A DNA stretch of 41,955 bases from Planctomycetota bacterium (lineage in GTDB: Bacteria > Planctomycetota > GCA-002687715 > DRQF01). The stretch spans positions 1 through 41,955 of the forward strand of contig JAZGFI010000084.1 of NCBI GenBank assembly GCA_036479435.1. The letters are read 5' to 3'. The translations under genes were made by a program, and so were the position numbers. Below, in pieces: positions 10,207-20,229 of the stretch (position 1 is its first letter; each line of letters begins with the position of its first letter). The notes under the pieces were generated by a model, which worked only from the letters and a program-made list of their open reading frames with translations, was not told where the DNA came from and did no database searches.

Positions 10207-11328
10207 TTAGGAAATGGCGCGGTCGTAGAGCCGGTGGACGCGATCCAAGTTCGCGTTGAGCTTGATGAGGGCATTGTGCATGACGGTGTTGTTTTCGAGA
10301 ACCCAGCCCAACTCGCTCCAAACGCGTCCGCCCTCGACAGAACCCTCAAAGGAGCTTTGGTAGAGCAAGGCGTCGATCCCGCGCTTGTGGAACTCCTCAG
10401 ACACCCCCATGGCCAGCAAGCGGACGCCGGGGACCCTTTTGAGGCCAAAAAGGAGGCGGAAGATCCCAAAGGGGAACAGGCGGCCTCCCAGCTTCTTCAG
10501 GATGCAGTTGATATCGGGCAGCACGAGCGCAAAACCCACCGCACGGCCCTCAATCTCGACGAAACTGGCGAGTCTAGGATCGATGACGGGCTTCATATCC
10601 TTGGCCATGTGCTTGAGTTCCGACTCCGTCATCGGCACGAAACCCCAGTTTTTGGTCCAAGCTTCATTATAGATGTTCAAAACCCGCGCGACTTCTTCGT
10701 CGTAACGGGAAGGATCGAATTTTCGGACGGTGGCGCCTTCGCGCTTTTTGATGAGTCGGATGATGCGCTCAGTGCGTTCTAAGGGGAAATCCATGACCGG
10801 CATGTAGTAAGAATTGAGGTCCATGGCTTTGGAAAAGCCGCAGGATTCGAGCAGATCGGCGTAGTAGGGCGGATTCCAGGGCGTGAGCATGGTCGCCGGC
10901 CGGTGAAATCCCTCGATGAGCAACCCGCATTCGTCGTTGAGGCTGAAACTTGCGGGTCCCCGCAGGGTGTCGCAGCCTCGCTCGCGCAGCCAGCTCTCAG
11001 CCGCCGTAAACAACGATAGCGCGACTTCAGCGTCGTTTTCGCACTCAAACCAGCCGAAAAAGCCAACCCGGTCCTCATGAAATTCCTGGTGGCGGCGGTT
11101 GAGGATGGCGGCAATGCGGCCAACGGTGCGTCCCGCACGCTCCGCGAGGAAATAAATCGCTTCGGAGTGCTCGAAGAAGGGGTTCTTTGCTCGATTGAGA
11201 CGATTTTTGACGTCGAAGTTAAGCGGAGGAACCCATAGAGGGTCATCGCGATAGATCGCAAAAGGTAGCCGTCGGAATTTTTTGAGGTCAGCCCGGCTTC
11301 GGACTTCTCGAATCGCGATGTCTGTCAT
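10207..11328 (-). CDS. GNAT-fold N-acyltransferase, probable bacterial ceramide synthase (bCerS-like)
   Basis: DPLWVPPL, NPFFEH, GRIAAI, GFFGWFEC, LRGP, GLLIEGF, WNPPYY, YNEAWTKNWGFVP, ELGWVLENN; directly downstream of spt; ATG at 11328 after GGGGAG. Confidence 0.75.
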   Translation of the reverse strand: MTDIAIREVRSRADLKKFRRLPFAIYRDDPLWVPPLNFDVKNRLNRAKNPFFEHSEAIYFLAERAGRTVGRIAAILNRRHQEFHEDRVGFFGWFECENDAEVALSLFTAAESWLRERGCDTLRGPASFSLNDECGLLIEGFHRPATMLTPWNPPYYADLLESCGFSKAMDLNSYYMPVMDFPLERTERIIRLIKKREGATVRKFDPSRYDEEVARVLNIYNEAWTKNWGFVPMTESELKHMAKDMKPVIDPRLASFVEIEGRAVGFALVLPDINCILKKLGGRLFPFGIFRLLFGLKRVPGVRLLAMGVSEEFHKRGIDALLYQSSFEGSVEGGRVWSELGWVLENNTVMHNALIKLNANLDRVHRLYDRAIS

Positions 11329-11395
11329 CGACTCCCCGCTCCGGGGCTCAATTTCACGAGCACCTGCGGCCACCTTTGAAAAAACGGGGCAGGGC

Positions 11396-12586
11396 TCAAC
11401 CCGCGGTAGCGTCAACGCGGTGAGCGAGCTTGCGGAAAATAGCCAAAGCTTGGTCTAACTCGGCGGCCGAGTGGGTCGCCATGTAGCTCGTGCGCACCAT
11501 GCCGATCGGGGCGCCGGGTGGCACCACGGGGTTTACGAACACCCCCGCCTCATAGAGCTCTTTAGCAAAGGCGAAGGTTTCTGTTTCCCCCCCGATCTTG
11601 ATGGGGATGATGGGCGTCGTCGAATTCATGGTGTCGTAGCCGAGCGCGTCCAAGCCCGTTTTCATCTTGTCGACATTGGCCCAAAGCCTTTTCAGTCGTT
11701 CGGGTTCGGAGCGGATGATCCGCACGGCTTCGAGGGCGGCCGCGGTATTCGACGGCGAGCAACTTGCGCTGAACATGAGCGATCGGGCGACATGGCGAAT
11801 GAAGTGGATAGCTTCCGTATTGCCAACTACGAAGCCACCCAGGGACGCCAAAGATTTGGAGAAGGTGCCACCCACGAGGTCGACGCCGGAAGACGCGCCA
11901 CGCATCCCGAAATGCTCGATCGTGCCGCTGCCGGTCTTACCCAAAACGCCTACAGAGTGCGCGTCGTCGATCATGATGCGTGCGCCGTACTTTTTCGCCA
12001 AGGCGATCAAACCCGGAAGATCAACGATTTGACCGACCATCGAAAAGACGCCGTCGACGACGATGAGCTTGCCGGCTTCGGGTTTGGCGAGCTGCAGTTT
12101 CTCTTCGAGATCCGCGAGATCGTTGTGGCGGTAACGCTTGGTGTCAGCGAGCGACATCCGGCAGGCGTCGAGAATGGAGGCGTGATTCTCCCGGTCGCAG
12201 AAAATGACATCATTTTTGCTGGCGATGGCCGAGATCACGCCGAGATTTACTTGGAATCCGGTTGAGAAGATCGCACAAGCCTCGAAGCCGAGGAAATCCG
12301 CGAGCTCACTCTCCAGTTCTTCGTGAAGCGACAGGGTTCCGTTTAGAAAACGCGAGCCGGTGCAGCTCGTGCCGTACTTGCGCGTGGCTTCTACGGATGC
12401 CTCGACGACGCGGGGGTCGTGGGTCAAGCCGAGATAATTGTTGGAACCGATCATGACCAGTTCGTGGCCATCGATCGTGACGCGCGTACAGTTAGACTCA
12501 TCGATCGCACGGAAGTAGGGATAGACCCCGGCGTCGATCAGGTCCTTCGCTCGTCTGAATTTCCCGCACTTGTCGAAGAGATCCAA
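11396..12586 (-). CDS. spt: Serine palmitoyltransferase (alpha-oxoamine synthase family)
   Basis: AGVYPYFRAI, GSNNYLGL, GSRFLNGT, NHASI, DDAHSVG and PLP lysine in GTFSKSLAS; the YPYFR and SRFLNGT signatures favour SPT over BioF/Kbl. Confidence 0.8.
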   Translation of the reverse strand: MDLFDKCGKFRRAKDLIDAGVYPYFRAIDESNCTRVTIDGHELVMIGSNNYLGLTHDPRVVEASVEATRKYGTSCTGSRFLNGTLSLHEELESELADFLGFEACAIFSTGFQVNLGVISAIASKNDVIFCDRENHASILDACRMSLADTKRYRHNDLADLEEKLQLAKPEAGKLIVVDGVFSMVGQIVDLPGLIALAKKYGARIMIDDAHSVGVLGKTGSGTIEHFGMRGASSGVDLVGGTFSKSLASLGGFVVGNTEAIHFIRHVARSLMFSASCSPSNTAAALEAVRIIRSEPERLKRLWANVDKMKTGLDALGYDTMNSTTPIIPIKIGGETETFAFAKELYEAGVFVNPVVPPGAPIGMVRTSYMATHSAAELDQALAIFRKLAHRVDATAG

Positions 12587-12771
12587 ATCTCTACCTTCCG
12601 AGGGGACCTAAATGAACACCTGCCCGAGCAGCTTCCGCGACCGCTCCTGGTAGAGCACTTCATAACGCAGGAGACCCACGGTCGTAACCTTTCCGCAAAA
12701 GCGAAAGGCGCTGTCATGTTAACTCGCGCGGCGCTGTTTGGACATAACTCTTTTATTGAAATGGACTTGAG

Positions 12772-13824
12772 TTGTTTGAGCTATTAAGTGACGGCTCGCA
12801 GTTTTCTGAGCGCGAATCAAAGTTCCTGGGGAAGAAAATTGCCTTGACGGGAGCCAGTGGTTTCATTGGTCATCGTCTGGCCCAAGCCCTCGCCAAGATT
12901 GAGGGGAGTCAGATTCGTGCCTTGGTTCGTCCCGGCTCGGTCACAAAACTCAAGGAGCTCGCGTCGCGACTCGATGTCATTGAGGGCGGGCTTGAGGACG
13001 CCGATGCCTTGGCGCGTCTCGTGGAGGGCGCGGAATTCGTGTTTCACCTCGCCGGCGCCACCCGTGCCCGCAATCGAGCTGAATTTCAAAGCCTCAACGC
13101 TGACGGCACCGGGGCGGTGGCAAAGGCAGTAGCCGCTGCGTCCGCCAAAACTTGTCGGCTTGTATATGTCAGCAGTTTGGCTGCCGCGGGGCCGACCGCA
13201 GAGGGGGCAGAGCCCCGCGATGAGGATTGTGAACCGGCACCCGTGAGCCACTACGGGCGCTCGAAGTTAGAGGGCGAGGAACAGCTGAAATCGGCCATGG
13301 GAGCCCATTCGTGGTCGATCGCGCGCCCGCCTGCCGTCTACGGGCCCGGCGAGCGCGATTTCTTTGAGATGTTCCGAATGGTGAGAAGGCGCTTTGCACC
13401 TCGTTTGGGATTTCAAAGCAAAGAACTCTCGATGGTGTACGCCGACGATTTGGTGCAGGCGTTGTTGGTGCTGGCATCGAGCAAAAAAGCCGCGGGACGG
13501 ACCTATTTCGTGGCTCACCCCGAACAGAAATCCGACCTTGAACTCATGGAGTACATGGAAGACGCCATGGGACGTTGGGCTTGGAAACCACGCATTCCCT
13601 TTTTCGCCGCGAGGATTCCGGCGGCGTTTTCCGCCTTGGGCCAGGCTATTGGCAAACGACCCGCCTTATTAAATCCCGACCGTTTGCGCGAGCTGGCGCC
13701 CACGCGCTGGGTCTGCAATTCGGATCGTCTTGACCGTGAGTTGGGATTTCGCTGCACGACGCCGCTGGAGATAGGAATTCCCCTCACCGCCGCGTGGTAT
13801 TCCAAATCTGGTTGGTGGAAGTAG
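12772..13824 (+). CDS. NAD-dependent epimerase/dehydratase (extended SDR), probable ceramide reductase (CerR-like)
   Basis: TGASGFIG, HLAG, SSLAAAGP, YGRSK, RPPAVYGPGE; divergent from spt; start codon uncertain. Confidence 0.7.
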   Translation: MFELLSDGSQFSERESKFLGKKIALTGASGFIGHRLAQALAKIEGSQIRALVRPGSVTKLKELASRLDVIEGGLEDADALARLVEGAEFVFHLAGATRARNRAEFQSLNADGTGAVAKAVAAASAKTCRLVYVSSLAAAGPTAEGAEPRDEDCEPAPVSHYGRSKLEGEEQLKSAMGAHSWSIARPPAVYGPGERDFFEMFRMVRRRFAPRLGFQSKELSMVYADDLVQALLVLASSKKAAGRTYFVAHPEQKSDLELMEYMEDAMGRWAWKPRIPFFAARIPAAFSALGQAIGKRPALLNPDRLRELAPTRWVCNSDRLDRELGFRCTTPLEIGIPLTAAWYSKSGWWK

Positions 13825-13945
13825 TTAGGAAGGCCGGTCTTTTTTCGTCGCGGCGCGCCTGAAGATTCTAATTCGAAGAGCGTACTGTGTAGACTGTCCC
13901 TGCCTCGCGCCGTTCGCATCCGTATTTCCATCCCGGAGTTCTTAG

Positions 13946-15559
13946 ATGATTTCAGTGAAGAGTGTTGCGCTGACCCTGCTGCTTGCCAGTTTTTGTTGTC
14001 TGCCCTCCGCCTTCGCCGACGAAGGAAACGGCGTCGGCTCTGCCTATGTCGAGCACACCCCGGCGCGCATTGGCGGTGTCATTCAAATCGACTTCGGGTC
14101 CCCAGGACTCGCGGGCGCCCAAGCTCTCTTCATCATCTCGGATGGCCTCGGTCTCACGACTTTTCCCGGCATCGGACCGATTTGCCTCGACGTGTTCTCG
14201 CCGGCGGCCCGTATTGCCGTCGACACTTTTTTGGACGCCAACGGAAATGCGTCGCGCACCGTGGGCATTCCGAACATGCCCTCCCTTTCGACCTTCGATC
14301 CGATCTATGCCTTGAGCTTGGTTGTGGACTTCACGCAGCCGACTTTTTTCAGCTTGAGCAAGACCGTCGCGATTTACTTTGAGAACGGCGATGGCTACAT
14401 GGCGACCGGAGTGATGGGAGAAGCTCGTTCTCTTCACACTGCGACGGCGTTCAATGGCAGCGATCGCGATCAGAACGTAAAAGTCTTTGTCGCCGGTGGG
14501 GGTGCGGGCAATGTCCTCGGGCCGACGGCGTCCGACACCACTGAAATCTACAGTCCCCTCACGCGCAGTTTCTCAGCGGGGCCCGCGATGAGCGTGGTCC
14601 GCGTCTTCCACCAGTCGGTTCGTCTCGACGACGGCCGAATTTTGGTCACGGGCGGTTTCGACAACATGGGGGCCGGGCACGACAATTGCGAGATTTTTGA
14701 TCCCGCGTCCGGAGTGTTTAGTGCCACGGGTGCTCTGAACACGGGCCGTGGCGCTCACCTCGCCACCAAACTGCCGAATGGCAATGTGTTAGTGACGGGT
14801 GGCCTACCGAGTTTTGCGGGCGGTCTGGGCACCTCGATGCTCGCCGCTTTGTTGAATCAAACGCTCGACACGGCCGAAGTCTACGACGTCGTCACCGGTA
14901 CTTGGAGCGCCACCGCCAACAACATGAGTGCCCCGCGATTCGGGCACGCTCAAGTCTTGCTCGGCAACGGTGACGTGTTGGTCACCGGGGGCATCGATGG
15001 CGCGGTGACGATCCCCTTCGCCGGTGTTGATGTGCCGACCTTCACGGCTACTTGCGACTTGTACGTTTCCGCAACGAACAGTTTTGTCGCCACCGCGTCG
15101 CTACCCCAGGCCGTGGCGGCTCATGGCCTGTCAGTCCTCGGTAACGGCGATGTGCTCGCTACCGGCGGTCTCGTTAGCCTCAGCCTGTTCCTGCCGCCCG
15201 GAATGACCGCGGACTGCAATGCTTTTGATGGTGTGAACTGGAACTCGACGGCGCCTTTGGCGACGCCCGTGGCCCTTCACACCCAAGTCAGTGCAGATGG
15301 CAACGGCGACGCTTTGGTCCATGGCGGGATTGCCGGGTCGCTCTTGGCGCCGGTGCCCGTCGATGCCGCTGGTCGCCACGACGGCACTGCCTTTTCTTCT
15401 TTGGGCTTGATTGGCCTCGACCCCGGGGTGCCTGCGCAGCCTTCCTTCCTTATCAGCACCCACACCATGACGCGAGTCTATGAAGGCTCGTACCTCATGC
15501 TCGGTGGTGCCGATGCCAGCGTCGCTCTCGACACGGGCTACGTTTATCTCGAGGGCTAA
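13946..15559 (+). CDS. Secreted kelch-repeat beta-propeller protein
   Basis: Signal peptide ending AFA; repeats of R..H....L.DG.VLV.GG......E.YD. Confidence 0.85.
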   Translation: MISVKSVALTLLLASFCCLPSAFADEGNGVGSAYVEHTPARIGGVIQIDFGSPGLAGAQALFIISDGLGLTTFPGIGPICLDVFSPAARIAVDTFLDANGNASRTVGIPNMPSLSTFDPIYALSLVVDFTQPTFFSLSKTVAIYFENGDGYMATGVMGEARSLHTATAFNGSDRDQNVKVFVAGGGAGNVLGPTASDTTEIYSPLTRSFSAGPAMSVVRVFHQSVRLDDGRILVTGGFDNMGAGHDNCEIFDPASGVFSATGALNTGRGAHLATKLPNGNVLVTGGLPSFAGGLGTSMLAALLNQTLDTAEVYDVVTGTWSATANNMSAPRFGHAQVLLGNGDVLVTGGIDGAVTIPFAGVDVPTFTATCDLYVSATNSFVATASLPQAVAAHGLSVLGNGDVLATGGLVSLSLFLPPGMTADCNAFDGVNWNSTAPLATPVALHTQVSADGNGDALVHGGIAGSLLAPVPVDAAGRHDGTAFSSLGLIGLDPGVPAQPSFLISTHTMTRVYEGSYLMLGGADASVALDTGYVYLEG

Positions 15560-15570
15560 TCTTGAGAGCG

Positions 15571-15605
15571 ACCGGCACACCGCGGCTTTCGCGGTGTGCC
15601 GGTTT
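15571..15605 (+). terminator. Hairpin/intrinsic terminator after the kelch gene
   Basis: ACCGGCACACCGCG-GCTTT-CGCGGTGTGCCGGT followed by a short T run. Confidence 0.65.
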
Positions 15606-15667
15606 CCCAAGCTGACCCGTCTCACTCGCATCGTCCGTTCGACCCTAGGCTGCGGTAGGCTCTCGGC

Positions 15668-16624
15668 ATGAATTCAGCCCCGGCTATCGCGGTCGTGCTC
15701 TTCGAGAGTCGCGGCTATCTCGACGCCTTGTTGAAGAGCTTGCGCGCCCAAACCGTCGTCGCTCAGCCTTGGGCGTTTTGCATCAACGGGCCCGACGATG
15801 GTGCGGCGGAATTCTTGCGATCCCAGGCAGAGCAGATCTTCGTGACGGAGCGTCCGGACAACCCTGGTTTCGCGGGCGGGGCCAACGCGGCCATGGCCTT
15901 GCTCGAGCGCGATGGCGCATCGCCTGAGTTTATCTTGCTGCTCAATCCCGACGTTGAGCTAAGCGCTGACTACCTCGAACACGGCCTTGAGGTGTTCAAT
16001 CACCACCCCGAAGTTGGCGCCGTCGGCGGATTGCTTTGGCGTGAGAATGCGACCGGTGCAGAAGTCGTCGACTCCGCGGGCTTTGCTTTACAGCCCTGGC
16101 TTCGAATCGTGGACCGCGGAGCGGGCCGCGATCTGGCGAGTTGGCGAGAACCCTCTGGTTCCGTTATTGGCGTGTGCGCGGCCGCAATCCTCATGAGAAG
16201 CGCAGCGCTGCGTGATGTCGCCGAAGACGGAAAAGCCTTCGACGAGTCCTTTTGGATGTACAAAGAAGACCAAGATCTGTGCTTGAGATTGCGGGGCCGC
16301 GGCCATCAGGTGTTTTTCGAGCCTGCGGCCCGCGCGCGTCACCAGCGGGGTTGGGCACCCAAAATTGGGGCCAGGGCGGGCATCGCTGGGAAATTGCGGC
16401 AGCATTCACTCAAAAACCGATACTTATTGATGGCGAAGCACTGGGATTGGCGGCAACTGTGGCGGTTTCCCCTGATCCTCGTCTTTGAGCTTTTTCTTGG
16501 TCTTTTGCTGCTGGTTTCGGAACCTAGGACCTTGCGCGCCTACCCAATGGCCGCGCGGCTGTGGCCAACCGCCTGGAGAAAAGGGAGAGCTTTCGCAAAG
16601 CGACGGCTTTCAACTGCATGGTAA
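15668..16624 (+). CDS. Glycosyltransferase family 2
   Basis: NPGFAGGAN, LLLNPD, FDESFWMYKEDQDLC. Confidence 0.9.
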   Translation: MNSAPAIAVVLFESRGYLDALLKSLRAQTVVAQPWAFCINGPDDGAAEFLRSQAEQIFVTERPDNPGFAGGANAAMALLERDGASPEFILLLNPDVELSADYLEHGLEVFNHHPEVGAVGGLLWRENATGAEVVDSAGFALQPWLRIVDRGAGRDLASWREPSGSVIGVCAAAILMRSAALRDVAEDGKAFDESFWMYKEDQDLCLRLRGRGHQVFFEPAARARHQRGWAPKIGARAGIAGKLRQHSLKNRYLLMAKHWDWRQLWRFPLILVFELFLGLLLLVSEPRTLRAYPMAARLWPTAWRKGRAFAKRRLSTAW

Positions 16625-17526
16625 TGGATCTTTCGATCATCATTGCGAGCTTTAATACGCGCGATTTTCTGCGCGATTGCCTGGACTCCATCTTCGCGTC
16701 CGAAGGCGTCGGCTCTTTTGAAATATTCGTCGTCGACAACAACTCATCCGACGGCTCGCCCGAGCTTGTGAGAGAGCTTTTTCCGGCCGTCGAGTTGTTG
16801 ACGAATTCCGCGAACGTCGGCTTCGCCAAAGCCAACAACCGAGCCCTCAAGCTCTCAAGCGGTCGCTACATCTTGTTGCTCAACCCCGATACCCGTCTTG
16901 AGACCACGACGCTCGCGGAAGTTGTCGGCGTTATGGACGAACGCCCCGAAGTCGGGATGACGGGCCTTAAGCTCGTGAGGCAAGACGGCAGCATGGATCT
17001 AGCCTGTCGCCGGGGATTTCCGACTCCCACCAATGCCGTCGCGAAGTTCGCCCGGCTCGACAAGATTTTTCCCAACAGCCGGATCGCCGGTGACTACAAC
17101 CAAACCCACCGAGATCCCGATAGCGACTATGAAGTCGACGCCATTGTGGGTGCCTTCATGTTTTTCCGCCGAGAAGTGCTCGAACAAGTCGGTTTGCTCG
17201 ACGAGCGCTTTTTCATGTATGGCGAGGACCTCGATTGGTGCTGGCGCATTCGAAAAAGCGAGTGGAAAGTGCTCTACCTCGGCAGCAAAGAGATCTTGCA
17301 CGTCAAGGGCGCCAGTACGAGCCAAAACCAACGGCTGATGAACGGCCATTTTCATCGCTCGATGTACATGTTCCACAAAAAACACCTCGTGAGCCGCTAT
17401 CCCTTCTTCGTGAACTGGGTGGTGCAAGCCGGCATCGGAACGCGTTGGGCGGCCAAGGCGCTGTTCTTGCGGCTGCGCGGCGAGTCAGAGCCAGCCTCGC
17501 ATTCAACCTCAAAGCCGAGGACTTAG
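16624..17526 (+). CDS. Glycosyltransferase family 2 (WbbL-like)
   Basis: MDLSIIIASFN, VVDNNSSDGS, NVGFAKANN, LLLNPD, LDERFFMYGEDLDWC; ATG overlaps the upstream stop (TAATG). Confidence 0.92.
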   Translation: MDLSIIIASFNTRDFLRDCLDSIFASEGVGSFEIFVVDNNSSDGSPELVRELFPAVELLTNSANVGFAKANNRALKLSSGRYILLLNPDTRLETTTLAEVVGVMDERPEVGMTGLKLVRQDGSMDLACRRGFPTPTNAVAKFARLDKIFPNSRIAGDYNQTHRDPDSDYEVDAIVGAFMFFRREVLEQVGLLDERFFMYGEDLDWCWRIRKSEWKVLYLGSKEILHVKGASTSQNQRLMNGHFHRSMYMFHKKHLVSRYPFFVNWVVQAGIGTRWAAKALFLRLRGESEPASHSTSKPRT

Positions 17527-17589
17527 GCGCCCAACTATAGTTGCTCCGTATTGGTATACTCCCTCGATCAAAGAAGTAAGGAGCGCTTC

Positions 17590-18357
17590 ATGGAGCAGCC
17601 GGTCCGTTACTACGGAATCACTGACGTCGGAAGAAAACGCGATCACAACGAGGACGCGTTTTACATTTCTGCAGTCGGAAATTTCGGCATCCTCGCCGAT
17701 GGAATGGGTGGCCGGCATTTTGGCGAAGTGGCGGCCAAGATGACCGTCGACATTATCCGCCAAAAGTTCGAGACCTTTTTTCCGCCGTCCTACGCCAAGT
17801 TGCGCATCACTGACCAAACCCACTGCGGTGACATGGTGATCAACCTGCTAGACGAGTGGGTTCGCGACGCCAATTTTCAGGTGTGGAAAAAAGGACAAGA
17901 AGACGAGAAGTACCGCGAAATGGGTACCACCGTCGTGGCCGCCTACACGATGCCGAGTTACGTGGTCTTGGCCCACGTCGGTGATAGTCGTGCCTATCAC
18001 ATCCAGGGCGACGAGATGACCCAAGTTACGGTCGATCACTCGCTCGTTAACAGTCAGGTTGAGTCGGGAATGCTCACCGAAGAAGAGGCGGCCCTTAGCA
18101 ATCAGCGCAACATTATTACGCGTGCGGTAGGGACCTCGAAAATCGTCAAGCCTGAGATCAACACTTGCCACACCAAGCGGGGAGATCGCATCGTCATTTG
18201 TTCCGACGGTCTTTCCGACATGGTTGCCGACGAAGTCATCCTCGAGCTTGGCCGGTCCGCAGACCCGCAGGATGCGATTCAATCTTTGGTCAACGAAGCC
18301 AATGCGAACGGCGGCAAGGACAACATCACCATCGTCCTTATCGACTTTAGCGGATAG
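17590..18357 (+). CDS. PP2C-family Ser/Thr protein phosphatase (Stp1-like)
   Basis: TDVGRKRDHNED, ADGMGG, MGTT, HVGDSRAY, CSDGL, GGKDNIT; ATG after AAGGAG. Confidence 0.93.
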   Translation: MEQPVRYYGITDVGRKRDHNEDAFYISAVGNFGILADGMGGRHFGEVAAKMTVDIIRQKFETFFPPSYAKLRITDQTHCGDMVINLLDEWVRDANFQVWKKGQEDEKYREMGTTVVAAYTMPSYVVLAHVGDSRAYHIQGDEMTQVTVDHSLVNSQVESGMLTEEEAALSNQRNIITRAVGTSKIVKPEINTCHTKRGDRIVICSDGLSDMVADEVILELGRSADPQDAIQSLVNEANANGGKDNITIVLIDFSG

Positions 18358-20059
18358 GTTTGGCTAGGGCGCGGTACACCGTCTCGCCCGCGACCACCGT
18401 TCGTAAGACCTTGGTGGCCTTGATCGCAATCTCTGGACAAGTCATCAAATCCTGATTCAAGATGACGAAGTCCGCGAGCATGCCGGGCAAAAGGCGTCCT
18501 TTGATCTTCTCTTCGAAGGACGCGTAGGCGCCCGCGGTCGTGTAACTGTTGAGCGCTTGCCAGCGCGTCAGTCTTTGCTCGGCGTGATACCCCGATTTAG
18601 CTTTTCCCTCTCCAAAGTCGCGGAGGATTGCGGCGTCTAGATTGTTGAAGGGAGATACTGGTTCCACTGGCGTGTCGGTTCCGTTGCAGAACACCGCTCC
18701 GGTGGCGATAATTTTTTGCCAGGCGTAGGCACCTTCCTCCACGCGCTCAACTCCGATCCGATCCTTGGCCCAAGCGAGGTCGGAAGTGCCGTGACAGGTT
18801 TGCATGGAGGCGATGAGACCCATCGGCGCGAGTCTCGGGATGTCCTTACCGTCGAGCATTTGGACGTGCTCCATGCGAAAGCGAGCGTTTTTGCCCTCGG
18901 GCTGCTCCGCGAAGAGTTCGTCCCAGGCGTTCAAGACCATGTGGTTGCCGCGGTCGCCGATCGCGTGGACGGCCACCTGCCAACCTCGCTTAAGAGCTTC
19001 GCGCGACAGTTCCAAAAGGCGCTCTTTGCTCAGCAAGGTCAAGCCGCGATGACCGGGGCGATCGGCGTAGTCTTCAAGCAAGGCCGCCCCCCTCGAACCG
19101 AGTGAGCCGTCGACGCCCAGTTTGATCGTGCGCAGGGTTAGGTGATGGTCATATTCTCCGACCGACGGTTCTCCGAGTCGGTCGAAGTCGATCGCGATCG
19201 TGCCCGAGCCGCCGTACATCACGAAAAGTCGGATCTTGAGATCGGCGGATTTGTAAAGCTGCCGCATCTGCTCGATGGTTTGGTAACTCGCGCCGCAGTC
19301 GTGAAAACTCGTCACCCCGTGGCGGAAGGCCTCTTGCTGCGCGCTCAAAAGATCTCGCCTTACCTCCTTGGTCGTTGCCGCGGGCATCGCTCGATGAATG
19401 AGGCGCTCGGCGAGATCGACAAAGACCCCGGTCGCGTTGCCCCTAGCATCGCGGATGATCTCGCCGCCCGAAGGATTAGGCGTTTCGCGCGTCACTCCGG
19501 CGATCTTCATGGCCACCGCATTCGCCAGCAAGGCGTGGCCATCTACCCGAGTGAGGAGCACCGGGTGATCAGGTGTCTGTTGGCTGAGGAGTTGGTGACG
19601 CGGGAAGGTCTTTTCGGCCCACAGGTTTTGGTCCCAGCCTCGACCCTTTAGCCAAGTTCCCTTCGGGGTGTTCTTCGCCGCTTCACCCACCCGGCGGACG
19701 ACCTCTTCGTAGCTAGAGGCTCCGACGAGGTCGACCAAGCGCTTCATCTGTCCCAGGCCGCGAAAGTGCCCGTGGCTGTCGATGAATCCGGGCATCAAAA
19801 AGCGGCCTTTGGCGTCGACTCTTTCGGTCTTCGGCCCGACCCATTTTTCGATCTCAGCGCTGCTGCCGACGGCCATCACGCGGCCATCGCGGACGGCAAG
19901 GGCTTCGACGCGGCTTTGGTCGTCAGCCATCGTGAGAATCGAGGCGTTGACGACGATGAGGTCGGCGTGGTCGCTGACTATGGGTGTGCTGCAGGAGCCG
20001 CCGCCGATGGAGAGCCCTAAGACCAAGCAGGCACTAAAAACTTTGAAGAATCGAGACAT
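18347..20059 (-). CDS. Amidohydrolase family 3 (YtcJ-like), probably exported or a lipoprotein
   Basis: PGFIDSHGH, GWDQNLW, RVDGHA, HAIGD, RMEHVQ, GTDTPVE, GMLADFVIL; N-terminal hydrophobic stretch ending GGSC. Confidence 0.9.
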   Translation of the reverse strand: MSRFFKVFSACLVLGLSIGGGSCSTPIVSDHADLIVVNASILTMADDQSRVEALAVRDGRVMAVGSSAEIEKWVGPKTERVDAKGRFLMPGFIDSHGHFRGLGQMKRLVDLVGASSYEEVVRRVGEAAKNTPKGTWLKGRGWDQNLWAEKTFPRHQLLSQQTPDHPVLLTRVDGHALLANAVAMKIAGVTRETPNPSGGEIIRDARGNATGVFVDLAERLIHRAMPAATTKEVRRDLLSAQQEAFRHGVTSFHDCGASYQTIEQMRQLYKSADLKIRLFVMYGGSGTIAIDFDRLGEPSVGEYDHHLTLRTIKLGVDGSLGSRGAALLEDYADRPGHRGLTLLSKERLLELSREALKRGWQVAVHAIGDRGNHMVLNAWDELFAEQPEGKNARFRMEHVQMLDGKDIPRLAPMGLIASMQTCHGTSDLAWAKDRIGVERVEEGAYAWQKIIATGAVFCNGTDTPVEPVSPFNNLDAAILRDFGEGKAKSGYHAEQRLTRWQALNSYTTAGAYASFEEKIKGRLLPGMLADFVILNQDLMTCPEIAIKATKVLRTVVAGETVYRALAKPIR

Positions 20060-20229
20060 GGCTTTGAAGGGCCCCGAGAGCGGAATGAAAAGAGCTGCTG
20101 GCGACATGCGCCTACCCGGCCGCATTGCACCAGTTAAGCGAAAACATACCAAGCCCTGCATCTTCGGATGAACCTTGAGCGAGAGTTTGCGTTTTTTGGT
20201 CTCATTGCCGCCAACCCGAGGAGATTGAA

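Noticed and set aside
11396..12586. BioF or Kbl annotation
   Set aside because: No biotin or tdh genes nearby; sequence signatures and GNAT/SDR neighbours favour SPT, though phylogeny is still needed.
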